NCBI GenBank assembly: GCA_020051175.1
Contig: JAGVJJ010000011.1
Span: forward strand, 5,509-69,508
Direction of reading: 5' to 3'
Origin: Bacteroidia bacterium
GTDB taxonomy: Bacteria > Bacteroidota > Bacteroidia > 2-12-FULL-35-15
Length of the DNA stretch: 64,000 nt
Shown: positions 10,373-20,086 of the stretch, piece by piece
How positions within the stretch are numbered: the first letter of the stretch is position 1
Layout: every line of letters begins with the position of its first letter
The notes under the pieces: model-generated
What the model was told of the DNA's origin: nothing
Seen by the model: the letters and a program-made list of their open reading frames with translations, nothing else
Database searches by the model: none
Position numbers and translations under genes: made by a program

Positions 10373-12061
10373 CTACTTATTGATTATAATTTTTCTTATA
10401 GTACTTTCCTCATCATTTTTGATATTCAGAAAATAGCTGCCATTGGACTGACCAGACAAATCAATAGTTTCTTTGTTATTTCTTAATCGTTTTGTATAAA
10501 CTGCTTTACCAATTACATTATAAACTGTAGCAACGGTATTTTCAGAGACGCTCTCCATGTATATTGTAAATATTCCATCCTCAGATGGGCTTGGATAAAC
10601 CGTTGTTAATATTTTCGAACCAGCTTCATTGATGCTTACGGTATATATAACCTCACAAACAGAATCTGAACACCCTGCTGCATTTGTAACTGTTAGGCAT
10701 GCTGTAACCGGTATATCCGCAACGGTATATGTATAGGTTGGATTTTGTATTACGGAACTGTCACCAGACAAATAGTCTCCAAAATCCCAATACCATGTCG
10801 TAACACCACCTGTTGATAAATCAGTATATGTTACTGTGCTTGCGCTATCAGTAAAACTGAATGCCGCAACCGGATAAGCAGAAATAGTTACAGATGCATC
10901 CGATGTATCTTTGCAACCCATATCACTTGTTACGATCTGGCTTACGGAATAAACCCCGGCAGCAGCAAACACGTGAGATGGTGATTGCAATGCGCTGGTA
11001 TTGTTAGCTCCGCTTCCAGGATCACCAAAATTCCATGCATAGCCGGAAATACTTCCACCTGAAATTGTTGATACATCAGTAAACGATACATTGGTTCCAA
11101 CACAAATGCCAGTGCCGCTGGTTGAAATAACCCATGACGAAAGAGGTTTTGGGTAAACATACACAGTATCGGTATACGAATCCGTATTTGATGAGTCATC
11201 CGTTACCGTAAGCGTAACCAAATACATTCCCGGATTAGCAAAATAATGCACCGGATTTTGAACACTATCTGTAGGACTACCAATTCCAAAGTTCCAGTCC
11301 CAGCTGATAATATTCATTACAGCTGTTGACATGTCCATAAAATGGATACTATCGCCCTCACAAACATTATTGGCCGTATACTGAGCCGTTATCATACCAT
11401 TTACAGAACCATTAATGGTTACGTTATCGATACTGAATGTACCACCACTACTTTCTGCATTCCACCCGTAAAAGCGAAACGTAACGGCAGTGGTCAGATT
11501 TGTATAACCCGGCCCGGTCAACGAAATCGTACTTCCGTTTTGATTACTTGTGGTTGCATCAGTGTTCCAGAAAAAAACACCTCCCGGGTAAATATCGAGG
11601 TTAGTATTTGCCGGAACAATAAGGGGCGTAAGGTTGCTGGCATAATTATCGGCACTGGATCGCACCGCATAGGTTCTGATACCGGTACCCGAACGCTGAA
11701 CACTAAAAGTAATGGAAGACAGGTCGATGCTATAGCCTGAATTTGGTGTAACAGTTACTTCATAGTACTGGGTAGTATCAATACTTCCGGACAATGAATC
11801 ATACACATTTATTCCGTTAGTGGCTCCAACAGGCCAGTTCGTAAATGAAAAACGGGCAGTAGCGTTAGGGTTAGCAGGTGTACCCACCGCTGTAAAGGCC
11901 CCAAAAGTAACATTAGTAACTGTTGGTAAGGGAGTTGGATCAGTTAACCCTGAATTAGTTTTAACACTGTCAAAATCGTACACAGCAGTAAAATTCTGGG
12001 CAATTGATACATTTGCCGCCAAAAATGCAGCAACAAACAAGGCAGTAATTTTTCTTTTCAT
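10373..12061 (-). CDS. PKD-domain protein with T9SS type A sorting domain
   Basis: signal peptide MKRKITALF, three PKD repeats (WxWxFG), C-terminal VYPSP...GSYFLNI...KIIINK. Confidence 0.9.
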   Translation of the reverse strand: MKRKITALFVAAFLAANVSIAQNFTAVYDFDSVKTNSGLTDPTPLPTVTNVTFGAFTAVGTPANPNATARFSFTNWPVGATNGINVYDSLSGSIDTTQYYEVTVTPNSGYSIDLSSITFSVQRSGTGIRTYAVRSSADNYASNLTPLIVPANTNLDIYPGGVFFWNTDATTSNQNGSTISLTGPGYTNLTTAVTFRFYGWNAESSGGTFSIDNVTINGSVNGMITAQYTANNVCEGDSIHFMDMSTAVMNIISWDWNFGIGSPTDSVQNPVHYFANPGMYLVTLTVTDDSSNTDSYTDTVYVYPKPLSSWVISTSGTGICVGTNVSFTDVSTISGGSISGYAWNFGDPGSGANNTSALQSPSHVFAAAGVYSVSQIVTSDMGCKDTSDASVTISAYPVAAFSFTDSASTVTYTDLSTGGVTTWYWDFGDYLSGDSSVIQNPTYTYTVADIPVTACLTVTNAAGCSDSVCEVIYTVSINEAGSKILTTVYPSPSEDGIFTIYMESVSENTVATVYNVIGKAVYTKRLRNNKETIDLSGQSNGSYFLNIKNDEESTIRKIIINK

Positions 12062-12187
12062 TATTAATTGATTTAAACTGTAAGTACTAAAGCGAAAGCT
12101 TATAAGCAAAAATAGCGTAAAAGTGTCAATCGTCAGCTACCGGGGTATTAATTTAATATGCATATTCTTGAAAATCTGACAAAAAAC

Positions 12188-12220
12188 AAACGCCTGTGGA
12201 ATTGTTATCCGCAGGCGTTT
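12188..12220 (-). terminator. intrinsic terminator
   Basis: AAACGCCTGTGGA-loop-TCCGCAGGCGTTT with A run on the + strand. Confidence 0.7.
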
Positions 12221-12239
12221 TAAAAAATTATAGCTAAGA

Positions 12240-13172
12240 CTACTTGTTTATTACGATTTTACGGGTAGTTATCTCCATTTCATTCTTTATAGCTATAAAG
12301 TAGCTGCCGTTAGGCTGTGCCGATAAATCAATTGTTCCTTTATTTCCATTAATTTCAGCTGCATAAACTGCTTCTCCGATAATGTTGTATACAGTAACAG
12401 ATGTCAACCCTGAAGCATTTCCGGTGTTTACAGCAAACATACCATCAGCAGACGGATTAGGATATACAACCGCAGAAGTTACAGTTACTAAATCATTGAT
12501 AGAAGTTGCACCGGATACAGTTCCCATAAATGCAACGGTATCAAGACTGAATGTTCCACCGGAACCTTCAGCATTCCATCCATAAAAGCGGAAAGTAAGA
12601 GGTGTTGTAAAGTTTGTATAATTAGCACCGGTTAAAGTAATCATGCTTCCATTTTGTCCGGAATTAAGTGAATCATAGTTCCAGTAGAAAACATTACCAC
12701 CTTGGGTGCTTAAGTTTGGGTTCATCATTACAGAAGCGGTAAGGTTTGCTGCATACGCATCAGCGCTTGAACGAACTGAATAAGTTCTGATACCTGTTCC
12801 TGAACGTTGAACTCTGAACATAATACCTGTTAAAGACGCCATTTGGCCCATTGCAGGAGTTAATGTTACCTCATAATACTGAGTTGTGCTGATAGTACCA
12901 GTGTGCGCACTGTATGTATTGTTGTTTGCAACACCACCAGTTGGCCAGCCCGACAAAGAAAAACGTCCTGAAGCCGAAGAATTACCTGTAACGCCAACAG
13001 CTGAAAAGCTTCCGAATGTCATACCTGGAGCAGTAGGAACAGGTGTTGGGTCAGTTAAGCCTGACGTGGTTTTAACACTGTCGAACGTGTAAACAGCAGT
13101 AAAACTCTGAGCTACAGCCGAAGATGCAGCAGCAATTGCAATCACAAATAATAGAGTAATTTTTTTCATCAT
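12240..13172 (-). CDS. T9SS type A sorting domain protein, paralog of 10373-12061
   Basis: shares FTAVYxFDSVKTxSGLTDPTP, QRSGTGIRTYxVRSS and TFRFYGWNAE with neighbour; YPNP...KIVINK CTD. Confidence 0.9.
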   Translation of the reverse strand: MMKKITLLFVIAIAAASSAVAQSFTAVYTFDSVKTTSGLTDPTPVPTAPGMTFGSFSAVGVTGNSSASGRFSLSGWPTGGVANNNTYSAHTGTISTTQYYEVTLTPAMGQMASLTGIMFRVQRSGTGIRTYSVRSSADAYAANLTASVMMNPNLSTQGGNVFYWNYDSLNSGQNGSMITLTGANYTNFTTPLTFRFYGWNAEGSGGTFSLDTVAFMGTVSGATSINDLVTVTSAVVYPNPSADGMFAVNTGNASGLTSVTVYNIIGEAVYAAEINGNKGTIDLSAQPNGSYFIAIKNEMEITTRKIVINK

Positions 13173-13259
13173 ATTTATTTTTTAGTTTTTTAATTTATTA
13201 ACCGTACAAAATTAAGAATAATTGCTGATGCAAGTGTTGGCTTATCGTTAAGTTCTGCT

Positions 13260-13826
13260 TTATTTATTATTATATGCCGACATTGTACGCTGAAGCCCGA
13301 TTGTGCCAAAACCATGTATTATCTCTATTGCCAGTTTGATACGCGGTTCGAGGAGCTTTTCTTCATCGGGTTTCCATTTCCCGAGCACAAAATCAACCTG
13401 TTTTCCCTTTGCAAACTCATTGCCCACACCAAACCGCAACCGGGCATAATTCTGGGTATTCAGCACCTCCTGGATGTTTTTAAGCCCGTTGTGGCCACCA
13501 TCGCTCCCCTTCCCTTTCATACGTAAACTACCCAGGGGCAAAGCAATGTCATCGGTTATAACCAGTAAATTTTCCACAGCAATTTTTTCAGCCTGGAGCC
13601 AATAATTAACTGCTTTTCCACTCAAATTCATATACGTAGAAGGCTTTACAAGTACAAAGGTTTTGCCTTTAAACTTGTACTCTGCAATATCTGCAAGCCT
13701 GTCGGTCCTGAATTTAAGACTGTTTTCTTTTGCCAGAACATCCAATACAGTAAAGCCAATGTTATGCCTGGTGTTGGCATATTCATCACCAATATTTCCG
13801 AGTCCGACAATTAAAAATTTACTCAT
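13260..13826 (-). CDS. pth: peptidyl-tRNA hydrolase
   Basis: LIVGLGN, TRHNIGF, KPSTYMNLSG, GGHNGL. Confidence 0.97.
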   Translation of the reverse strand: MSKFLIVGLGNIGDEYANTRHNIGFTVLDVLAKENSLKFRTDRLADIAEYKFKGKTFVLVKPSTYMNLSGKAVNYWLQAEKIAVENLLVITDDIALPLGSLRMKGKGSDGGHNGLKNIQEVLNTQNYARLRFGVGNEFAKGKQVDFVLGKWKPDEEKLLEPRIKLAIEIIHGFGTIGLQRTMSAYNNK

Positions 13827-13854
13827 AACAGAAAACACTATTTGTAAAAACAAA

Positions 13855-13891
13855 AAAGTTGGTGTTCCGCAGGTTGCGGAACATCAACTTT
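13855..13891 (-). terminator. intrinsic terminator after rplY
   Basis: 17-bp inverted repeat AAAGTTGGTGTTCCGCA/TGCGGAACATCAACTTT (one mismatch) with U tail on the minus strand. Confidence 0.75.
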
Positions 13892-13915
13892 AGTACAAAC
13901 AAATTACTGAAAAAA

Positions 13916-14566
13916 TTATTTTTTAGCAGCAGGTTTTGCAGCAGCGGCAGCAGCAGGAGCAGCAGCTTTAGCAGCAGGAGCAGCAGCAGTTGCAGCAGGA
14001 GCTTTAGCCTCTTCCTGAGCTACGGCACGTGTAGTTTCAACACTTACCACAGTAACATTTCCAGCATTCAGGAATGTTAAACCATCAATTTTAATATCTC
14101 TTACGCGCACAGAGCCACCAATTTCCAATGCATCAATTGCGATATCAATTGTGTCAGGCATTTTTTCAACCAATCCTTTTGCTCTTAAGGTTTTCAATTT
14201 TTTAACCAAACGTCCACCCGCTCTAACCCCAGGAGAAGTACCGGTGGTTTTAACAGGGATATTCATTACAACCGGTTTGCCAGGTTGAATTTCTAAAAAG
14301 TCAACGTGCAACAGGCTGTCGTTTATAACGTGGAACTGAGCTTCCTGAAGAATTGCATGGTATTTGTTTCCACCCACTTCCAAATTCACAGTGTGAACAT
14401 CCGGAGTATAAATAAGGTTTTTGAAGCTGGCTTCTGGTGCAGCAAAGTGAATTTGCTCTTTTCCACCGTAAAGCACACATGGAATTTGTTTCGCGCCTCT
14501 TAAGGCGTTCGCATCTTTTTTCCCTACGTTCGCACGTGGCGAACCGCTAATAGATACTGATTTCAT
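13916..14566 (-). CDS. rplY: 50S ribosomal protein L25/Ctc
   Basis: IPCVLYG, LLHVDFL, GVRAGG; located between prs and pth. Confidence 0.96.
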   Translation of the reverse strand: MKSVSISGSPRANVGKKDANALRGAKQIPCVLYGGKEQIHFAAPEASFKNLIYTPDVHTVNLEVGGNKYHAILQEAQFHVINDSLLHVDFLEIQPGKPVVMNIPVKTTGTSPGVRAGGRLVKKLKTLRAKGLVEKMPDTIDIAIDALEIGGSVRVRDIKIDGLTFLNAGNVTVVSVETTRAVAQEEAKAPAATAAAPAAKAAAPAAAAAAKPAAKK

Positions 14567-14649
14567 TTATTTAATTTTTTGTAATTGATTGTTACATCCT
14601 TCCAATCAATCGTTTTTAGTTATTTGCGGATGTAATATTTTTAGTTTAC

Positions 14650-15585
14650 TTAACTTACAATAAAATTGGAGCTGATAGACTCGTAATTGTGAACACTGTG
14701 TATTACTTTACCGAACAATTCCGCTACAGAAAGCACCTTTATTTTGCTGCTTTCTTTTTTCAAAGGAATGGTATCAGTCACAATCAGCTCAGTAATACCT
14801 GATTTTTCAATATTTTCGTATGCTTTACCGGATAATACAGCATGTGTACACACGGCCCTTACACTATTAGCGCCTCTTTCCAGCATCATGTCGGCTGCTT
14901 TTGCAAGCGTTCCACCTGTATCAATCAGATCATCCACCAGCATAATATCGCGGCCTTCCACTTCACCAATCAGTGTCATGTGGTCTACGATGTTTGCTTT
15001 GGAACGTTGTTTGTAGCAGATAACAATATCCGTCTTCAAAAATTTAGCATAAGCGTTTGCTCTTTTTGAACCTCCCATATCTGGTGCCGCCATTGTTAAA
15101 TTCGGCAGGTTAAGGCTTTGGATGTATGGTAAAAAGATAGAAGATGCGTATAAATGATCAACCGGAAAATCAAAGAACCCCTGAATCTGGTCGGCATGCA
15201 AATCCATAGTGATGATGCGGGTTGCACCGGCAGCAGATAACAGATTGGCCACCATTTTAGCACCAATGGCTACACGCGGCTGATCCTTACGGTCCTGGCG
15301 CGCATATCCGAAATACGGCATTACCGCAATAATTTGCTTTGCAGATGCACGCTTAGCGGCATCAATCATCAGTAACAGTTCAAATAAGTTATCCGTAGGC
15401 GGGAAAGTAGATTGTATCAGCAGCACATCATTGCCCCTTACGGTTTCTTCAAAAGAAACCTGGAACTCACCATCGCTGAAACGAAGCAAAGATACTTTTC
15501 CTAAATCCTGTCCGTAACTGGCCGCAATTTTTTCTGCCAGATAATGGGAGGAAGAACCTGAGAATATTTTTATGTATTTGGACAT
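14650..15585 (-). CDS. prs: ribose-phosphate pyrophosphokinase
   Basis: FSDGE, PYFGYARQDRK, DLHADQIQGFF, VDDLIDTGGT. Confidence 0.98.
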   Translation of the reverse strand: MSKYIKIFSGSSSHYLAEKIAASYGQDLGKVSLLRFSDGEFQVSFEETVRGNDVLLIQSTFPPTDNLFELLLMIDAAKRASAKQIIAVMPYFGYARQDRKDQPRVAIGAKMVANLLSAAGATRIITMDLHADQIQGFFDFPVDHLYASSIFLPYIQSLNLPNLTMAAPDMGGSKRANAYAKFLKTDIVICYKQRSKANIVDHMTLIGEVEGRDIMLVDDLIDTGGTLAKAADMMLERGANSVRAVCTHAVLSGKAYENIEKSGITELIVTDTIPLKKESSKIKVLSVAELFGKVIHSVHNYESISSNFIVS

Positions 15586-15684
15586 AAGCTATTTTTGGGG
15601 GTACAAATGTAGTGAAAAATGCTGTTCTGGCAAAAGAATTTTGGGCTTGGTGCATTATTTCTTTGTTAAATTGAAAAACAAATG

Positions 15685-15692
15685 TATTTTTG
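15685..15692 (+). promoter_or_regulatory. Bacteroidota -7 box (TATTTTTG) for tRNA-Leu
   Basis: TAnnTTTG with TTTG at 15662; divergent TACATTTG box for prs at 15604-15611. Confidence 0.5.
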
Positions 15693-15753
15693 CGGTCCAA
15701 ATTTAGTTGATTGAGTTATTAGTTATCAGTTATTCATTATTAAATACTGATAA

Positions 15754-17388
15754 TCAATCAGATAGCCCAACAACTAAAACAAATAAATTCTGCCCGGATG
15801 GCGGAATTGGTAGACGCGCTGGTCTCAAACACCTGTGGGAAACCGTGCCGGTTCGACTCCGGCTCCGGGTACAAGTGGGAAAACTCGATCCACCATCGAG
15901 TTTTCCCTTATTTTTTACACGAAGTAACTCGTTAATTTTCAGTGAGTTCTCATAGAACATTGGGTTGATTAAATCGGTTCGACCGCCTATCTTTTCCTTG
16001 GTGAAACCGCCCCAAAAAATCCCTTTCAGAAAGTCTTGTTTTCCATCTACCTCAGCCTGATTGAATATCCAATTCAGATCAGCAAGGTATGGCAGATAGG
16101 TATTATACAACACTCTTGTTGCTGTGTCATCCTTTGTTAGTTCGTTCATTTCAATCTGTTTGTTATTAAGCTCCCTCGAAAAGGTTGGATGCCATTTATC
16201 GTAAGTTACCTGGGTTATTTTATTCATAATGTATTTTTCCTCCAAAGCATTTAATTTTTCGTTTATGGTGGCACATTCCGAAGTTACCTTCTGAAGTTTG
16301 TGATTGCGATCTTTTAAGCCTTTATCAAAACGATTTTCTGTTTCGATTTTTAGGGCTTGAATATATTCCGGTTGCAAGGAAAGGTATTTTAATATCTCTC
16401 CAATTTCATCATGTACTTTCGTTGCACTGTAATTTTCTCCAGTACATTTTTTGCAACGATAGTAATAATAGAAAGCTGACCTTCCTCTCGATTTTCCACC
16501 AGTGTGTAATCCACCGCATGACTGACACAAGATGAACCCACGCAGAGGAACATTGTCATCAATCATTTTTGGGCCTTGCGGACGAATTTTATCCTGGAGT
16601 TTATAATACGCTTGCCAAAATAAGTCTGTTGGAATAATTCCTTCGTGAATACCCTTCAGAACTTTTGTTTTTTCATCTTTGTACGAAGGTGCTTTAATTA
16701 ATCCACCATAAACATGATTCGATAAAACACGGTAAAGTGCATCATGTCCTTTGAGCTTAAATCCCCTGTCCCGTGCTTTTTTCATTATTATAGGAAATGT
16801 AGCATCATCCAAAAAATCTTTGTAAATATCTTCAATGATTTCTTTTTCATCGTCATTAACAACGATGATCGGTTTATCTTCTTCGTCACGGGCATTGTCG
16901 TAGCCAAAAGGAGCTGGCCCTAAAAATCTGCCTTGTGTTTTTGCCGACCATATTCCAAATTTTGATCTGTCTGAAATTACACGTCTTTCAAATTCAGCAG
17001 TAACAAGTAAATCTGCTCTCATCTTAAAAAAATAAGGAGAGTGCGGATCTATAAAAAAGTTCTCCATAACAGAAAGCAATTTTATATTCCACTTCTGTTC
17101 CAGCTTTTCTATAAAAGCTAATCCTTCGGCAGCATTACGAATTAACCTGTCGTATTTTGTTACAATGAGATAATCAATTTTATTTTTGTTCTGTGATAAA
17201 GATTTCTCAAGTGATCTCCAGTTAGGTCGATCAAAGTTTTTTGCAGAATAACCATCATCAATAAAAGCCTCGACCACTTCAATGTTATGTTTTTCGGCAA
17301 AATCTTTATTCATTTTTTCCTGCCCGGATAAACTGAAATTCGATTGATCTTCTTCTGAAATTCTTATGTACTGATATGCCCTTTTCAT
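15754..17388 (-). CDS. large serine recombinase (integrase)
   Basis: catalytic YIRIS, DDGYSAKNFDRP, KYDRLIRN, APFGY, HEGII, zinc ribbon CQSC...CKKC, coiled coil; C-terminus reads through the tRNA antisense. Confidence 0.93.
   Translation of the reverse strand: MKRAYQYIRISEEDQSNFSLSGQEKMNKDFAEKHNIEVVEAFIDDGYSAKNFDRPNWRSLEKSLSQNKNKIDYLIVTKYDRLIRNAAEGLAFIEKLEQKWNIKLLSVMENFFIDPHSPYFFKMRADLLVTAEFERRVISDRSKFGIWSAKTQGRFLGPAPFGYDNARDEEDKPIIVVNDDEKEIIEDIYKDFLDDATFPIIMKKARDRGFKLKGHDALYRVLSNHVYGGLIKAPSYKDEKTKVLKGIHEGIIPTDLFWQAYYKLQDKIRPQGPKMIDDNVPLRGFILCQSCGGLHTGGKSRGRSAFYYYYRCKKCTGENYSATKVHDEIGEILKYLSLQPEYIQALKIETENRFDKGLKDRNHKLQKVTSECATINEKLNALEEKYIMNKITQVTYDKWHPTFSRELNNKQIEMNELTKDDTATRVLYNTYLPYLADLNWIFNQAEVDGKQDFLKGIFWGGFTKEKIGGRTDLINPMFYENSLKINELLRVKNKGKLDGGSSFPTCTRSRSRTGTVSHRCLRPARLPIPPSGQNLFVLVVGLSD
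15792..15871 (+). tRNA. tRNA-Leu(CAA)
   Basis: acceptor GCCCGGA/TCCGGGT, D loop GAATTGGTAGA, anticodon loop CT-CAA-AC, long variable arm, GCCGG-TTCGACT-CCGGC; CCA not encoded. Confidence 0.95.
15877..15916 (+). terminator. terminator after tRNA-Leu, lying inside the recombinase gene
   Basis: perfect 13-bp stem GGGAAAACTCGAT-CCACC-ATCGAGTTTTCCC plus T-rich tail. Confidence 0.75.
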
Positions 17389-17437
17389 AATTATATTTTG
17401 TTTAAACGTATTTATTTATGTTTATAACAAAAATAAG

Positions 17438-17623
17438 TCATTTATTTGATAAGTTTAGTATGTTTTTAACAAAAATATCAGCCATCATACGGATAACCTT
17501 CTTCTGATCCTCTGAAAAGCCTTCTAAATGCTTGTCTTTTGAAGGATTAGAATGAGCAACCTCCAAAGGAACAGTCTTGTCCTTTGATGTTTCATGCTGT
17601 CCTACCTTTACTTCTGTACTCAT
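17438..17623 (-). CDS. small hypothetical protein upstream of the integrase (possible directionality factor)
   Basis: 61-aa ORF in a tightly packed operon; function inferred from position only. Confidence 0.6.
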   Translation of the reverse strand: MSTEVKVGQHETSKDKTVPLEVAHSNPSKDKHLEGFSEDQKKVIRMMADIFVKNILNLSNK

Positions 17624-17625
17624 CT

Positions 17626-18024
17626 TTAGTAAACGGCAGTTAATAATTGAACAGTTGATAAACGTTTAACGTATTTGTTCTGATTGTAAAGGTGCGCTCC
17701 CAGTTCTCCCTTATTTTCGCAGATCACAACATTGGCAGTTGCCAACTCAACATTATTTTCTTTGGATATTTTTTTGATGTATTCTGAAACAGCACCCGTT
17801 TTTGCTTCATCGTATTCTTTTCCAAAAAATTCAACGATTGATTTTAGTGTAAGCGTTTTCAAAAACTTTCCCTGGTCGTAAAGATGAACGGATAAATCAT
17901 TCGATAAAATATTTATTACTAATCTGGCATTTGCAGGTTCAATATTTTCTTCTGTTGCTTTGTGGAGCAAAAAACGTTGAACTCTTTTACTTGCTTGTTT
18001 TTCGATGTTAAAAATGTTTAGCAT
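17626..18024 (-). CDS. hypothetical protein with internal duplication
   Basis: ANARLVI..LSVHLYDQGKFLKTL resembles ATANVVI..LGAHLYNQNKYVKRL. Confidence 0.75.
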   Translation of the reverse strand: MLNIFNIEKQASKRVQRFLLHKATEENIEPANARLVINILSNDLSVHLYDQGKFLKTLTLKSIVEFFGKEYDEAKTGAVSEYIKKISKENNVELATANVVICENKGELGAHLYNQNKYVKRLSTVQLLTAVY

Positions 18025-18054
18025 AAATTTTGTTTTTAATGGATGAGAAATTTT

Positions 18055-19314
18055 TTAAACGAGTTGCCGATATGTGTCATGTTGCAATACCGCAGCATGA
18101 AAACGCTGCGTTAAAGAAGCATCATTGAATTTACCAATGGTGTTTTCACACTCTCTGAACAACTGAAGCTGCGGCCTTTTGAGTGCAGTATCTTTTTTCT
18201 GATTGTTTTGATATTTGCGAATAATCCGACTTAAAACAAGTTCACGTTCAACTTCTTTTTTTCGTTGCTGATCTGCCTGATGCCATTGTTTTGTACCAAC
18301 AAATCCTTTTAAATTATTTGTATCGAAGTAGCGATAAGGTAAAGGCACAAACCGGTGTTCGGGATCTTTCTGAACATACTTGGCCACAAGAGAAATTCGC
18401 TCGACATAATGTTGATGAGTATTAGAAAGTTTTTCTGTTGAAACAGGATCATAAAGTTTCCGAATTAATTTTTTCGCAATTAAAACTTGTCGATCAGTCA
18501 GGAAAGTATTTTTATAGAGAAGGTTCCGAGCCATGAGCCATAGTAAGCTGACGTAAAGATTTAGGGAATTGTCGCGGGCGGGATCAGGCGGAACATTCCT
18601 GTCGCTGATTGTGTCCGCCCGCGAAGCAATTTCCCCTGCTTCTTGCAATTTTTTTTCTTCCGATTTTTTTTGTTTTTCCGAAAAAACCTGGGCAATTTCC
18701 CCTGTGTTTCCAGTCATGTTTCCAGTAACGTAACTTGTATCAACTTCACTTGTGAGCGATAGCGAACTCCTTTGTGAGTTATCAACATCTATTATTATAT
18801 TATTTATTTTGTAACTATTGTTACTTGGATATGTATCAGGACAATTTGTCTTCTGAACGAGTGAAAATGTTGATTTTAGCTCGTTTTGCTTAGTGCGTTC
18901 AAGCGCTTCCTGGAACTCCTTTTTGAGTTTATCAACACTTAATTTCTGCTTTATCAACAGAATATTGGGGTTTATCCACAACTCAAAATTGGAATTAGAA
19001 CCGTGAAATATTTTATTGATAATGATTCCTGCGGACTGAAGTTTTGTAATGTGTCGCTGAATTGTCCGTGAGCTACACTTCACCAATGTGGAGAGCTGCT
19101 TATTATTGGTTTGCAGTGATGGTAAATTATTCTGATCTATTTCCTGCATTGCATTTGCTTTTAAAAGTGATACTCCGTAAATGCGGATAATTTCTTTTGC
19201 AGTCATTACAGCACCGGTTCGTAACCGGTCCGTACTTTTTTCTGCTTTGTCGTTATACACGTCAATAAAGCAGTTCAGGGCTTTGTAAGCCGTTGGATAA
19301 TGTATTAATATCAT
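18055..19314 (-). CDS. putative replication initiator with N-terminal HTH
   Basis: NKQLSTLVKCSSRTIQRHITKLQSAGII winged-HTH, low-complexity linker, helical C-domain; phage context. Confidence 0.65.
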   Translation of the reverse strand: MILIHYPTAYKALNCFIDVYNDKAEKSTDRLRTGAVMTAKEIIRIYGVSLLKANAMQEIDQNNLPSLQTNNKQLSTLVKCSSRTIQRHITKLQSAGIIINKIFHGSNSNFELWINPNILLIKQKLSVDKLKKEFQEALERTKQNELKSTFSLVQKTNCPDTYPSNNSYKINNIIIDVDNSQRSSLSLTSEVDTSYVTGNMTGNTGEIAQVFSEKQKKSEEKKLQEAGEIASRADTISDRNVPPDPARDNSLNLYVSLLWLMARNLLYKNTFLTDRQVLIAKKLIRKLYDPVSTEKLSNTHQHYVERISLVAKYVQKDPEHRFVPLPYRYFDTNNLKGFVGTKQWHQADQQRKKEVERELVLSRIIRKYQNNQKKDTALKRPQLQLFRECENTIGKFNDASLTQRFHAAVLQHDTYRQLV

Positions 19315-19322
19315 GTTGATTG

Positions 19323-19487
19323 CTATCGGGTGTATTGATAAATGAACATTAGCATTTGATAATTCAACCTGACTTTTATTAGGAGTGAAATAATTTTTCT
19401 AAAAATTTCCTCAACTATAATCAGCGGAATTGCTATTGTCATAATCACAATAAATAGCAGCCATTTGAATGGTGTAAATCGTTTCAT
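19323..19487 (-). CDS. small membrane protein, 54 aa (absent from the ORF track)
   Basis: MKRFTPFKWLLFIVIMTIAIPLIIVEEIF...YTR* fills the operon gap neatly. Confidence 0.55.
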   Translation of the reverse strand: MKRFTPFKWLLFIVIMTIAIPLIIVEEIFRKIISLLIKVRLNYQMLMFIYQYTR

Positions 19488-19498
19488 CTTTTTATGTT

Positions 19499-19804
19499 TT
19501 ATTTTTTAGAGAATAGTGCTGCTCGTCTTTTGTAAGTCGTGTTCATTTGTTCTTCAAGCAGCTTCACATCTTCAGTAATGAACAACTGGAGTTCATCTCT
19601 CATGGTTGTGAATAATGGATAAGGCTTGCTGTGATCGTTCAGCTCCGGGAATTTGATTTGGACTGCTTGCGTAAAACGTTTTGCTCTTTCTGCCTGAACA
19701 AAGCAGCACAACGTTCTGTATCCTTTTGCAACATCTGTTTTATCTGTTGCCTGGGCTTGTTTGAATTTGCCCTCGATGGGTGAGTATTCTAATCGTATAT
19801 TCAT
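19499..19804 (-). CDS. phage-like hypothetical protein
   Basis: 101-aa ORF in the early operon. Confidence 0.7.
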   Translation of the reverse strand: MNIRLEYSPIEGKFKQAQATDKTDVAKGYRTLCCFVQAERAKRFTQAVQIKFPELNDHSKPYPLFTTMRDELQLFITEDVKLLEEQMNTTYKRRAALFSKK

Positions 19805-19823
19805 CTATGTAGGTTTAAAAATG

Positions 19824-20075
19824 TCATTCTATGATTAAGCTGAACGCGTAACTGTTTAATAATTCCTGCGCTTTCGCTTTTGCTTTTTCAAGGCCGATGC
19901 AGATCTCATTAGGAATACCGTTCGTGTCTGTGCGTAGTAAATATTCTTCAGGATCTTTTCCGGTGGGTGTTATAAAAAACAGAATGTGACTAAGCAGTCC
20001 ATCCGTTTTGCCACGCCACGCACAATGCTCGCTTCCCACATACTCCCATATAATTGATCTTATCTGCATATTCAT
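19824..20075 (-). CDS. phage-like hypothetical protein
   Basis: 83-aa ORF, C-terminal LEKAKAKAQELL. Confidence 0.7.
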   Translation of the reverse strand: MNMQIRSIIWEYVGSEHCAWRGKTDGLLSHILFFITPTGKDPEEYLLRTDTNGIPNEICIGLEKAKAKAQELLNSYAFSLIIE

Positions 20076-20086
20076 TTTCTGTTGTT

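Noticed and set aside
14592-14635. TTACATCC/GGATGTAA hairpin as an L25 autoregulatory leader
   Set aside because: Only 8 bp with a large loop; cannot be supported without comparative data
15707-15955. 82-aa plus-strand ORF over the tRNA
   Set aside because: Spurious; overlaps the tRNA and the integrase
17400-17407. GTTTAAAC box upstream of the integrase as part of the MarR regulon
   Set aside because: Single box without the 15-bp tandem partner; expected by chance in AT-rich DNA
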